Assembly (NCBI GenBank): GCA_049322915.1
Contig: JBMOPW010000005.1
Coordinates: 1 to 29,012, forward strand
Source of the DNA: Candidatus Zhuqueibacterota bacterium
GTDB taxonomy: Bacteria; Zhuqueibacterota; Zhuqueibacteria; Thermofontimicrobiales; Thermofontimicrobiaceae
Reading direction: 5' to 3'
Length of the DNA: 29,012 bases
Shown: in pieces, positions 9,340 through 17,089 of the stretch
Position numbering within the stretch: the first letter of the stretch is position 1
Layout: each line of letters opens with the position of its first letter
Translations under genes and position numbers: made by a program
The notes under the pieces: generated by a model
What the model saw: the letters and a program-made list of their open reading frames with translations, nothing else
Databases searched by the model: none
Told to the model about the DNA's origin: nothing

Positions 9340-11130
9340 TCATCTCAGCCGAGCCTTGACCAATTTACAGGGCGTCTCTCCCAGGTTGGCGATGCGGTAT
9401 TTTCCCATGCTGGCAGGCACGATGATGGTCTCCGAATAATGACAGAGAAAAAAGACATCCGGCGTGTCCGGCGCATAGATTTTCACGGATTGGCCTTCGA
9501 CCAGGGTGAGCACATGAAACTGGCCCCGGGTGTCGTCGTCGATGTCCCGCTCGAATTCCAATCGAAATACAACGTGGAAAAACTCCCGGCGATCGCCGAT
9601 GATGTACTCAGCCCAACCCTTGCCGGAGCGGACCAATCGCGGCTGGGGCACGAGGTTCTGAGCGACCCAGTTGCTGCGCCGGAACCATTTAATCACGTTG
9701 AACGCATGGGCGACGTGAATGGGCCGCATGACGCCATTGAGGTCAGGCCGCAAGTGGTCGTAAATTTTGAAAGTATAGCGATAGGTCGTCGCGCTGATTT
9801 CCAGCACCACCTGTCCCACGCCGGAGCCGTGCACCGTCCCCGGCGGAATCAACAGCAGATCATGTTTTTTGCTGGGCACGCTGTTCACATAGTCGCAATA
9901 ATTGAACGCGACGCCGGCTTCATCCGCCAGCTTCGCCGCGCGATGGAAATCCTCTTTGCGGATTGCTTCATTCACCCCGAGATTGACGCGCGTGCCCTCG
10001 ACGGCATCGACGATATAGTACATCTCTCCCTGGTGATAGGGCTCGTTGAAATGCTTCTGAATATAGGATGTGTTCGGATGAACCTGAATCGACAAATCGC
10101 CGCCGTCCCAGGTGTCCAGATAATCGAAGCGGATGGGAAATTCACCGCGGAATCGGCGCCGGGACACGCGACCCATGACGCGGTCGTATTCCGCGTGGAA
10201 GAAGGTCGTCCACGGCAGCTCCAGGATTTCATTTTGAACCGAGACCAGCAGGCTCATCTCCTGGGCGATCAATTCAAAGCTCCACGCGCAATTGACCCAG
10301 GCATCCGGCAATTGCCGGATTTTCTTCAGCCACTGTCCGCCCCAGGGGCCGGGTTCGTAAATGGGCTTCAGGCGGAACGGGGCGCTGGCCACAGCGCGGG
10401 TGACCGCCCGAAACGTCGGCAGCGAGACCATGCGCGGCGACGCCTGAATATTGCCATCGATGTAAAAATCAGTGCGCTCCAGCAGCTCGTTCCGGTGCCG
10501 GTCATTCACCTGAAAATCGACATAGTACAGCTTCTTCGGACTGATGCTCTGCGTTTTCCCTGCCAATTGCGTCCATTGCCTGGAGCGCTTCAGCACTTCC
10601 TGACGCGTCAGGTCCACGTACACAATCATATCGAATGCCCGCCGCAACCCGGGCATGGCAGCACCGGCGCCGTAGCAGATCACAAAATTCACCGGCGGAT
10701 CCGTTTTCTTCCTGAGCGACGCGAGTTCGCTCTTCACCTCTTTCAATTTCCGGCGATCAAAAAAGGTCGCCAGGGGCGCCCGGTAAACTTTGCCGAAGAC
10801 GGAATCATCGGTCAAAATCGGGGCAAGGCGCTTTTCGATTTCGGCCGCATCTTTTTTCGCGCGTTCAACATTCACCAGCGCAACTGTCATTCCCTGCGCG
10901 CGAATGGCCTGGCTGAGCTGCCCCGCAATCCATTCCCAGTCATTTCCCACGTAGCCATCCAGCGCGATCCGCATGGGCGCAGTCTGGCCGGAAGGGCGAT
11001 TCTGGTAATGCCGGATGAACGTGCGGCCGATTGATTCCCAGCCTGTGACCACGCTCTGATTCGCCGACGCTTCAAGGGCCGGTTGGTTCAATGCTTCAAT
11101 TCTGCTTTCAAATTCTGCCTGAGTTGTCAT
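9340..11130 (-). CDS. Long-form class I mannose-6-phosphate isomerase (cupin) with N-terminal P-loop-kinase-like domain
   Basis: PGPWGGQWLK, LSIQVHP, QGEMYYI, PGTVHGSG and EIS are type I PMI metal/substrate motifs. The ~240 aa N-terminal extension contains IALDGYVG. Confidence 0.85.
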   Translation of the reverse strand: MTTQAEFESRIEALNQPALEASANQSVVTGWESIGRTFIRHYQNRPSGQTAPMRIALDGYVGNDWEWIAGQLSQAIRAQGMTVALVNVERAKKDAAEIEKRLAPILTDDSVFGKVYRAPLATFFDRRKLKEVKSELASLRKKTDPPVNFVICYGAGAAMPGLRRAFDMIVYVDLTRQEVLKRSRQWTQLAGKTQSISPKKLYYVDFQVNDRHRNELLERTDFYIDGNIQASPRMVSLPTFRAVTRAVASAPFRLKPIYEPGPWGGQWLKKIRQLPDAWVNCAWSFELIAQEMSLLVSVQNEILELPWTTFFHAEYDRVMGRVSRRRFRGEFPIRFDYLDTWDGGDLSIQVHPNTSYIQKHFNEPYHQGEMYYIVDAVEGTRVNLGVNEAIRKEDFHRAAKLADEAGVAFNYCDYVNSVPSKKHDLLLIPPGTVHGSGVGQVVLEISATTYRYTFKIYDHLRPDLNGVMRPIHVAHAFNVIKWFRRSNWVAQNLVPQPRLVRSGKGWAEYIIGDRREFFHVVFRLEFERDIDDDTRGQFHVLTLVEGQSVKIYAPDTPDVFFLCHYSETIIVPASMGKYRIANLGETPCKLVKARLR

Positions 11131-11197
11131 GTCAATTTCCGGTTTGTGTCCAATGATATCTATTACTCTGCTATGAATTATTTCAATGCCTGAAGTG

Positions 11198-11260
11198 AGC
11201 GATCAGCGAACAGCTTTCAGCGATCAGCTTTCAGCGATCAGCCTTCAGCTATCAGCTTTT
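11198..11260. repeat. Heptamer tandem repeat, 9 x AGCnnnC
   Basis: AGCGATC AGCGAAC AGCTTTC AGCGATC AGCTTTC AGCGATC AGCCTTC AGCTATC AGCTTTT read directly. Confidence 0.9.
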
Positions 11261-11410
11261 TAAACAAACATTCTTGTGAAGCATCCATTTTTTTCCGCTC
11301 AGGGGATCGAATGAATTACGTTGTCTCCCGAACGAAATCTGTTTCATGCGTCTGTGCAAACCGAGGCGCTACGAACGCCGCTTTTCCCGGCGCAGCGCCC
11401 AATTTGTACG

Positions 11411-13282
11411 CTACAACTGTCCCCGGCGTTTCATCAACTGCGCGAATCGCACCACTTCGTGAGGTTTGGCCAAAAACAGCCGCCGGCTCTCTCCGCCGGT
11501 TTTGGCGTAGGTCATGGCTTTTTGCAAATCCGTAAGGCTCAATCCTTTAGACGCCAGACCAAAATAGCACGGCACAAATCCCCAGAAAGGCGAATCCAGG
11601 CCAATCATGATCCAGCCGTTTCGGCCGGAATCGACCATGGCGCGCTCCCATTTCATCAGGTCCGCCAGCGGATTGAAACTCCAGTGCTCTGACTGCTCAT
11701 TCAGCACGATGAACTCGTTCTTCTCAAACACGATCTCCGGGAATTGATTCTCGTGCTTGTAAGTGATGGCGTATTTGAACCCGGCGTCCGCCAGCACCTC
11801 GAATTGCGGCTCGCCGGTGTTGTGATCGTAGCGGGGACACGCATCCTGAAATGAATAATGGCCGATGGGGACATGGTTCCGGCCAGCGTATTGCGCGATG
11901 ACGTCGAAGGCCTTTTTGAGGTTCCCGAGATAGGCTGCCGGCGACAGATACCCCTGAGCCTCGGTCGCCACGCCGACGCCGGCGCTCACCAGCAGCGGCT
12001 CAATGGAAGGATAGACGCCGCCCATCTCCGCGCTGAGATACAGTTGCTCCAATCCCTCTTCCGCATATTCCCACCATGAACTGGGAAAGGCCAACCCGGC
12101 GCGCATGCCTCTGATGGAGTGCAAATCCAGAATTCGCGGCAGGGCCGGCAAATGGCCGAGGTCCGAGGCGTAATGCAGAAAGCAGACCGGGATTTTATTG
12201 CTCTCCAACTGTTCGGCCAGAAACGCATCGCTGAATTCCTGCTGCCACACCGGCCGGACATCGTTCAGCCAGTCGTTGGGCAGTCGAATTTTATTTTTGA
12301 GGGTGATGCCCAGTTCCACGTCGTGAACCAACGACAGGATGATATCGTGTTTCGACGCATCGGCGATGATTTTATCGTTGAATACCTGACTGCCCCACAC
12401 CAGTTTATTTCCGATTGTGTCAGTCAATTCGCCGAGCAGTTCCACCGCCCGGGGCAGGGTTTGCACTGCGGCAATGGCCAGAATTCGTTCGCGCAGATAC
12501 TTCGGCGTCCAGCGCAGGGTGATGGGATCGTTGCCCAGCGCCAGCCCTCTCGCTTCGGAAATCCACCTCCGCGCCATGCGCTCGGTGATGGCGACGTAGC
12601 TGTCCCCCGGCTGCACCGAATCGATGACGCTCACAGCCACACCGAGTTTCTCGAAACGGGCGGCTGCCTCCTGCGGGCAGAAAATGAGATGGACTTTCTT
12701 CAGACCCAGAGCGACCAGCCGCTGCCACTGGGAATCATCCAGTTCGTAGTGACAGGCAAGGGATTGCCGGTGGAAAATTTCAGGAAAGCAAAAGGTATCC
12801 AGCCGCGATTCGCCGGGAATTATGAAATCGCCCAGTTCAATTCTTTCATTGGGAAAACTGAATTTCTCAGCAGAAAAAACAACAGCTTCTTCCGGCAGCG
12901 GCTCACGGAACTGGTCGAACACGTCGACAAAAAAATCCACCAGTCCGGCGGATGATTTTTTCACCAGCGACCCGCGATTTCTCGCCCGCAGAAACCGCTC
13001 AAATTGAATGGGCGCCTCTTCGGTCAGCGCGAAGAAATGAACCTGATCATAAAAATTGCACAGGTAATAAAACTGCTCATCGTGCTTATTGCCGGTGTAA
13101 GGCAGCGCATCGCCAATATCCGCCACACTGGGCGCCACTGCAAAATAGCCATCGTAATCCAGCCCATGTTTTTCCGCGAGCCAGGCCAGCACCGGCAAAC
13201 CGGCTGCGCGCGCCGGACACTGTTCATGGCTGTAAAAGAAAATGAGATCGCTGGATTTCGCTTGCATCGCTGGATTGGCCAT
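11411..13282 (-). CDS. Hypothetical cytoplasmic protein; C-terminal half possibly a NodB/GH57/GxGYxYP-like barrel
   Basis: 623 aa ORF with RBS AAAGGGA and no signal peptide. C-terminal pattern KIPVCFLHYASDLGH...LADAGFKY...IMIGLDS...FLAKPHEV loosely recalls 7-stranded deacetylase-type barrels. Confidence 0.7.
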   Translation of the reverse strand: MANPAMQAKSSDLIFFYSHEQCPARAAGLPVLAWLAEKHGLDYDGYFAVAPSVADIGDALPYTGNKHDEQFYYLCNFYDQVHFFALTEEAPIQFERFLRARNRGSLVKKSSAGLVDFFVDVFDQFREPLPEEAVVFSAEKFSFPNERIELGDFIIPGESRLDTFCFPEIFHRQSLACHYELDDSQWQRLVALGLKKVHLIFCPQEAAARFEKLGVAVSVIDSVQPGDSYVAITERMARRWISEARGLALGNDPITLRWTPKYLRERILAIAAVQTLPRAVELLGELTDTIGNKLVWGSQVFNDKIIADASKHDIILSLVHDVELGITLKNKIRLPNDWLNDVRPVWQQEFSDAFLAEQLESNKIPVCFLHYASDLGHLPALPRILDLHSIRGMRAGLAFPSSWWEYAEEGLEQLYLSAEMGGVYPSIEPLLVSAGVGVATEAQGYLSPAAYLGNLKKAFDVIAQYAGRNHVPIGHYSFQDACPRYDHNTGEPQFEVLADAGFKYAITYKHENQFPEIVFEKNEFIVLNEQSEHWSFNPLADLMKWERAMVDSGRNGWIMIGLDSPFWGFVPCYFGLASKGLSLTDLQKAMTYAKTGGESRRLFLAKPHEVVRFAQLMKRRGQL

Positions 13283-13395
13283 ACTATCCCTTTCGTTTTA
13301 TTTTAGAAGTACAACAGCGGTCACGCATCGCCGCCCTCAATGTGCAGGCAGGGACGAGTCGACTGCCTCACTGGCTCAAATCCCTGAGCCGGTTT

Positions 13396-14292
13396 TCACT
13401 GCACCAGTTCAAAGAAACGCTGCTCGACCCTGTCCTCGTCCAGGCCCTGGCCGATGATCACGCAACGGATTTCCTCGCTGTGCGTCTTTGCCACCGGTTT
13501 CAGCGACCATGTCTCAGACGTGGCATCGACAAAATAAACCTGATGCTCGATTGACACAAAGCCTTTCATGCGCATTATCTGATCCTGGAATTCGGCGCGG
13601 AATTTTTCCCAGTTCGCGCGCCGGAACGAGCCGCGTTTCTCCAGCGTCACGGAGACGAAGGGATCCGGTCGCCCTTCTCCAGGCGCGTCGGTCGCAGCCG
13701 GGATCGGCCGCATCAGGTGGGACACGCTCTCTAACGGGAACGCCGCGTATTGCGTGGTCAAAATTTCGACGGAGGGATGAATCGCTTTCACCGCGGCGAC
13801 AACCTGCTCAACCTGATTCGGTGGAACCAGGTCGGTCTTATTGACCAGCACCAGATCGGCGCTGCGCACCTGGGACGCCGGCGCTCTGAGGTTGTCCTTG
13901 ATTTTCAGGAAATTCTGGCAGTCCACCAGACAAAGGCAGGCCTGCAATTGAATGTGGTCTTTCAGATTGGGCAGAGCCAGCATGGCCTCCATTTCCGACG
14001 TATCCGCCAGCCCGGTCGCTTCGATGATCAGTAAATCCGGCTGCAACTGGACCGCGATTCGCTCCACTTCGTAGATGAAATCGGTCCGGACGCAGATGCA
14101 GAACAGACTGCCTTTGTTGAGCTCCACTTTTTCGTAATTGCCCTGAACCAGCATTTCGCCGTCGATGCCCACTTTCCCGAATTCATTGATCAGCAGGACA
14201 GTCCGCTGACTGCGGTAATAGCCGATCAGTCGGTTCAGCAGCGTGGTTTTGCCTGCGCCCAAAAAGCCGGTGAGCAAAATTGCGGGAATCAT
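13396..14292 (-). CDS. CobW/COG0523 family G3E metallochaperone GTPase
   Basis: Motifs LTGFLGAGKTT, INEFG, GSLFCICV, LIIEATG, NKTD and C-terminal RMKGF...VIIG. The start at 14292 overlaps the upstream stop (ATGA). Confidence 0.9.
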   Translation of the reverse strand: MIPAILLTGFLGAGKTTLLNRLIGYYRSQRTVLLINEFGKVGIDGEMLVQGNYEKVELNKGSLFCICVRTDFIYEVERIAVQLQPDLLIIEATGLADTSEMEAMLALPNLKDHIQLQACLCLVDCQNFLKIKDNLRAPASQVRSADLVLVNKTDLVPPNQVEQVVAAVKAIHPSVEILTTQYAAFPLESVSHLMRPIPAATDAPGEGRPDPFVSVTLEKRGSFRRANWEKFRAEFQDQIMRMKGFVSIEHQVYFVDATSETWSLKPVAKTHSEEIRCVIIGQGLDEDRVEQRFFELVQ

Positions 14293-15911
14293 TCCAGATT
14301 TTTCAGCCATTCCTTAATCACCTCCACCGAAGGCACGCGACCCACAGATTTCACGGTCTGCTCCACAGCAATGATGGCCGGAGTGGATGCAACACCGTAT
14401 TTGTAAATTTCTTTTTCATCTTTGATATGAATAATTTCGACCAGGCTGCCCAATTCTTTGGCCGCCTGCTGGACGTTCTCCCAGGCCTGAGCGCAGGTCT
14501 CGCAGCCATCGCCCAGCACCAGCAATCTGCCATGATGCGACCGCAGTTTCATGAAGAATTTTTCATTGATGCGATCCTGAATCGCTTTCACCAGTTCATC
14601 CCGCGAGGGGATGGTGCTGACAAATTTGATCTGGCCATCGATGCAAATAGTGGGGATGTTTTTCACCATCAGGCCCATCATGAATTCGACAGATTCCCGC
14701 TCCTTGATTTTATGCTCCCGCCAGATGACGAGATTGCTGAAGAGCGGAGCCACGGATTTCACCGCTTCGACCATGTACTGGCACGGCGCGCAACCTTCGG
14801 AATCCAGCGTGATCACATCGATGATCACCTTTTCCGCTTGACCGTAATCCGCCATGTTGATCCGCGTCTCCACAATCGAGGATTTATCCAGCAACTCCCG
14901 CGCGACATCCAACTTGTACGGATCGTGCACCAGTTCAGAGATAGCTTTCAAATTCGCCGGAGGCACGGCATAGGGCAAATCGCAGCCGGGGGCCAGAATG
15001 TAGCCGGTGTCACCGCCCACATCGATGCACTCGATGGCATTGCGTTTCGCATCGTCCTCGGTTCCCATCAGCAGCACAATGGTCAGTTGCAGATTCCCGC
15101 CGAACGAAATGCCGAATTTCTGGCAGATAGTTTTCACATAATCCAGCGGGATATTTTCATCGATGGAGACATTGTCCGGCCTGGTCTCGCACATGGCCTC
15201 AATATTTTTCTGAGCGTGGCCGCAAACGAAGAAGGATGAAAAGGCCTGCAACCGTCGCACTTCCTGAAAGAAATTGGTCGCTGCCGGCGTGACGAATTCC
15301 CGAAACGCATCCGGCGAGATCTGGCTGGTCATGGGATCGACCAGGGCAATGATGTCGCAGCCGGCATCGATGTACATCTGCGCCATTTTTTTAGCGATTT
15401 CATTGGCGTACAACACCAGTTCTTTCACCCGGTCCGGATAATCGAACATGTCCATGAAAATATCAGTGCCTTTCAGGTGCAGCGCCAATGTGAACGGGCC
15501 GGTCACCAGCCCGTAAAGCGCCACATCCCTGGTCTCCTTTTTGAGCGTCCGGATCGCCTGCAAAATCGCCGGGATTCGCCCTGAATTTTCATCCGGAATG
15601 GCCAGATCGCTGAGCTGTCTGCCATTGCTCAGCACGTGGTTGATCACAGCCGGAGGATTGTCCTTCGCCCATTGCAAATCGCAGCCCATGGCCTCGGCCT
15701 CGATTTGCAAATCGAACATCACCGGAATTCCATCCGGACGGTACAACCGAATCGCTTCTTTCGTCCCCTGTACCATCAAATCAGCGGAGCGCAAATATTC
15801 TTCCGCGTTTTTTCCGATCAACGCGCCGCCGTGGCACCCCACAAATGGCACCCACGGTGTCCGCTCCGTCTTCTTCCCCATCAATGCGTCAAATAATAGT
15901 TGTTTGCCCAT
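14289..15911 (-). CDS. MtaA/CmuA-like (URO-D fold) methylcobamide methyltransferase fused to two thioredoxin-like domains
   Basis: N-terminal ~345 aa has DLQIEAEAMGC, GPFTLA, ISPDAFREF, FFVCG, GGNL and ILAPGCD. Then Trx-like LDSEGCAPC...NIPTICIDG and LGDGCETC...YGVASTPA...GRVPS. Confidence 0.85.
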   Translation of the reverse strand: MGKQLLFDALMGKKTERTPWVPFVGCHGGALIGKNAEEYLRSADLMVQGTKEAIRLYRPDGIPVMFDLQIEAEAMGCDLQWAKDNPPAVINHVLSNGRQLSDLAIPDENSGRIPAILQAIRTLKKETRDVALYGLVTGPFTLALHLKGTDIFMDMFDYPDRVKELVLYANEIAKKMAQMYIDAGCDIIALVDPMTSQISPDAFREFVTPAATNFFQEVRRLQAFSSFFVCGHAQKNIEAMCETRPDNVSIDENIPLDYVKTICQKFGISFGGNLQLTIVLLMGTEDDAKRNAIECIDVGGDTGYILAPGCDLPYAVPPANLKAISELVHDPYKLDVARELLDKSSIVETRINMADYGQAEKVIIDVITLDSEGCAPCQYMVEAVKSVAPLFSNLVIWREHKIKERESVEFMMGLMVKNIPTICIDGQIKFVSTIPSRDELVKAIQDRINEKFFMKLRSHHGRLLVLGDGCETCAQAWENVQQAAKELGSLVEIIHIKDEKEIYKYGVASTPAIIAVEQTVKSVGRVPSVEVIKEWLKNLE

Positions 15912-15950
15912 ATCAATTTCCTTTTTTCATTCAAAAAAAATCGTAGCTGT

Positions 15951-15966
15951 TTCGTCAATTGTCGAA
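15951..15966. promoter_or_regulatory. Candidate operator palindrome upstream of the methyltransferase operon
   Basis: TTCGTCAATTGTCGAA, a 16 bp palindrome with one mismatched pair, ~40 bp upstream of the ATG at 15911. Confidence 0.3.
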
Positions 15967-16032
15967 CACATTGACTGCCAATATGAATGACCAGTAAAAA
16001 TTTTGGCGCCTATATTATTATTGGACATACGC

Positions 16033-16060
16033 GTAGTGGACGGTCGCGACCGTCCACTAC
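16033..16060. repeat. GTAG-type REP-like perfect palindrome
   Basis: GTAGTGGACGGTCGCGACCGTCCACTAC is its own reverse complement (28 bp) with GTAG/CTAC ends. Confidence 0.8.
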
Positions 16061-16218
16061 ACATACAAAAAAGTATCGAATTTATTGCACATGATTTCAA
16101 CTGGTCATTCATCTTACCAACTGACCGTTCGCCTATTCCGGGATATTTGTCCCAACCATTACCGGCGCCGGATGAATATCCAGCGCGATCCTGTGGCTGA
16201 TCCGTCACAAAAAATCAT

Positions 16219-16246
16219 GGCTACCGTCCGCTGCATGTTGTTAGCC
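16219..16246 (-). mobile_element. Truncated attC-like site (R'' and L'' half) downstream of the GyrI-like gene
   Basis: The minus strand reads GGCTAAC-AA-CATGCAGCGGACGG 16 bp after the stop. The complementary TTAGCC lies just upstream of the gene at 16745-16740. No 3' half was found. Confidence 0.5.
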
Positions 16247-16262
16247 CGCGTTTCCGCCCCCT

Positions 16263-16721
16263 TCATGTTTCCTGCCAGACCGGGATATGGATGCGAATCA
16301 GTTTATCAGAAGACTTTTCGGGATACTCCTCAAACACCGCCACGGCCGGATCAAACGGGACTGGTGCGTCAGGCAGCCACACTGTGAAGATGTGCCGATA
16401 GGTCTCGCCTATCGCATCCACAGGGCATTCGAAGACGGCGAACTGACCGCCTGACACAGTGCGCTTCTCCAACCCATCGGGCACGTGCGTTTCGTCGGGT
16501 ACCATCATGCCTGCCAAGTAGTCTGTCACGTCTTCTTTGTCGGTTGGGAAATTGACCCCGAAGTAGTGCTTTCCGATTGAAATCAACTCAATCTCCTGCG
16601 CACGCGACTCGAACTGCTTCCAGATACCGACAAACAAATCTGGAGTTTCTGAACCGCGCTTGATTTGGGCTTGAACACCCAAAACGGTGAAGGGTCCACG
16701 CTTTGTCATTTCTGGATGCAT
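16263..16721 (-). CDS. GyrI-like / Cass2 small-molecule binding protein
   Basis: FTVLG...IWKQF...DYLAG...VPDGL...GGQFAVF...YRHIFTVWLP...FEEY...IHIPV pattern; RBS GAGGA. Confidence 0.85.
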   Translation of the reverse strand: MHPEMTKRGPFTVLGVQAQIKRGSETPDLFVGIWKQFESRAQEIELISIGKHYFGVNFPTDKEDVTDYLAGMMVPDETHVPDGLEKRTVSGGQFAVFECPVDAIGETYRHIFTVWLPDAPVPFDPAVAVFEEYPEKSSDKLIRIHIPVWQET

Positions 16722-16836
16722 AGCTCGTCCTCATCGTCCGGCTAATATTCAGATATGTATTCTTGCCTCATAGTCACCAGGTAACGAATCGACATGAAGA
16801 TGCCAATTTCATGTTCATTCCCGGGTCGACTCTGAA

Positions 16837-16959
16837 AAAACCTTAAAGGCTTTGATACATTGGTTATGCTATTTTTTCCACGTCATAAATGACGTGGCAA
16901 TTCAATTGAAAAAATTAAAACTTAGACACCTTGAACAGTCCCGACTTTTAAGCGAGACT
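16837..16959. repeat. Cluster of short palindromes (degenerate REP/MITE-like element)
   Basis: AAAACCTTAAAGGCTTT (16837-16853), CCACGTCAT-AA-ATGACGTGG (16878-16897) and AGTCCCG..CGAGACT (16937-16959) in an AT-rich spacer. Confidence 0.5.
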
Positions 16960-17089
16960 ACGTGGCTGAATAGGAACTAATCATGTTGCTCTATTCGCTG
17001 CAATCCCTCCCAAAATTGCCGCCTTGCCAATTCAGACGCTGCTTCCGCCGGGTAACACTGCCGGCTTCCCTGGTCTCGAAGCGACGCGG

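Noticed and set aside
11198..11260. CRISPR array
   Set aside because: 7 bp units with no unique spacers and no cas genes.
14289..15911. hemE (true uroporphyrinogen decarboxylase)
   Set aside because: It lacks the N-terminal RQAGR motif; Cys ligands and CobW/RACo context favour the methyltransferase branch. The same applies to 23877-25139.
15927..16208. 93 aa minus-strand ORF (also 16977-17198 and 21668-21883)
   Set aside because: They run through palindromic intergenic DNA or overlap real genes, with no recognisable protein features.
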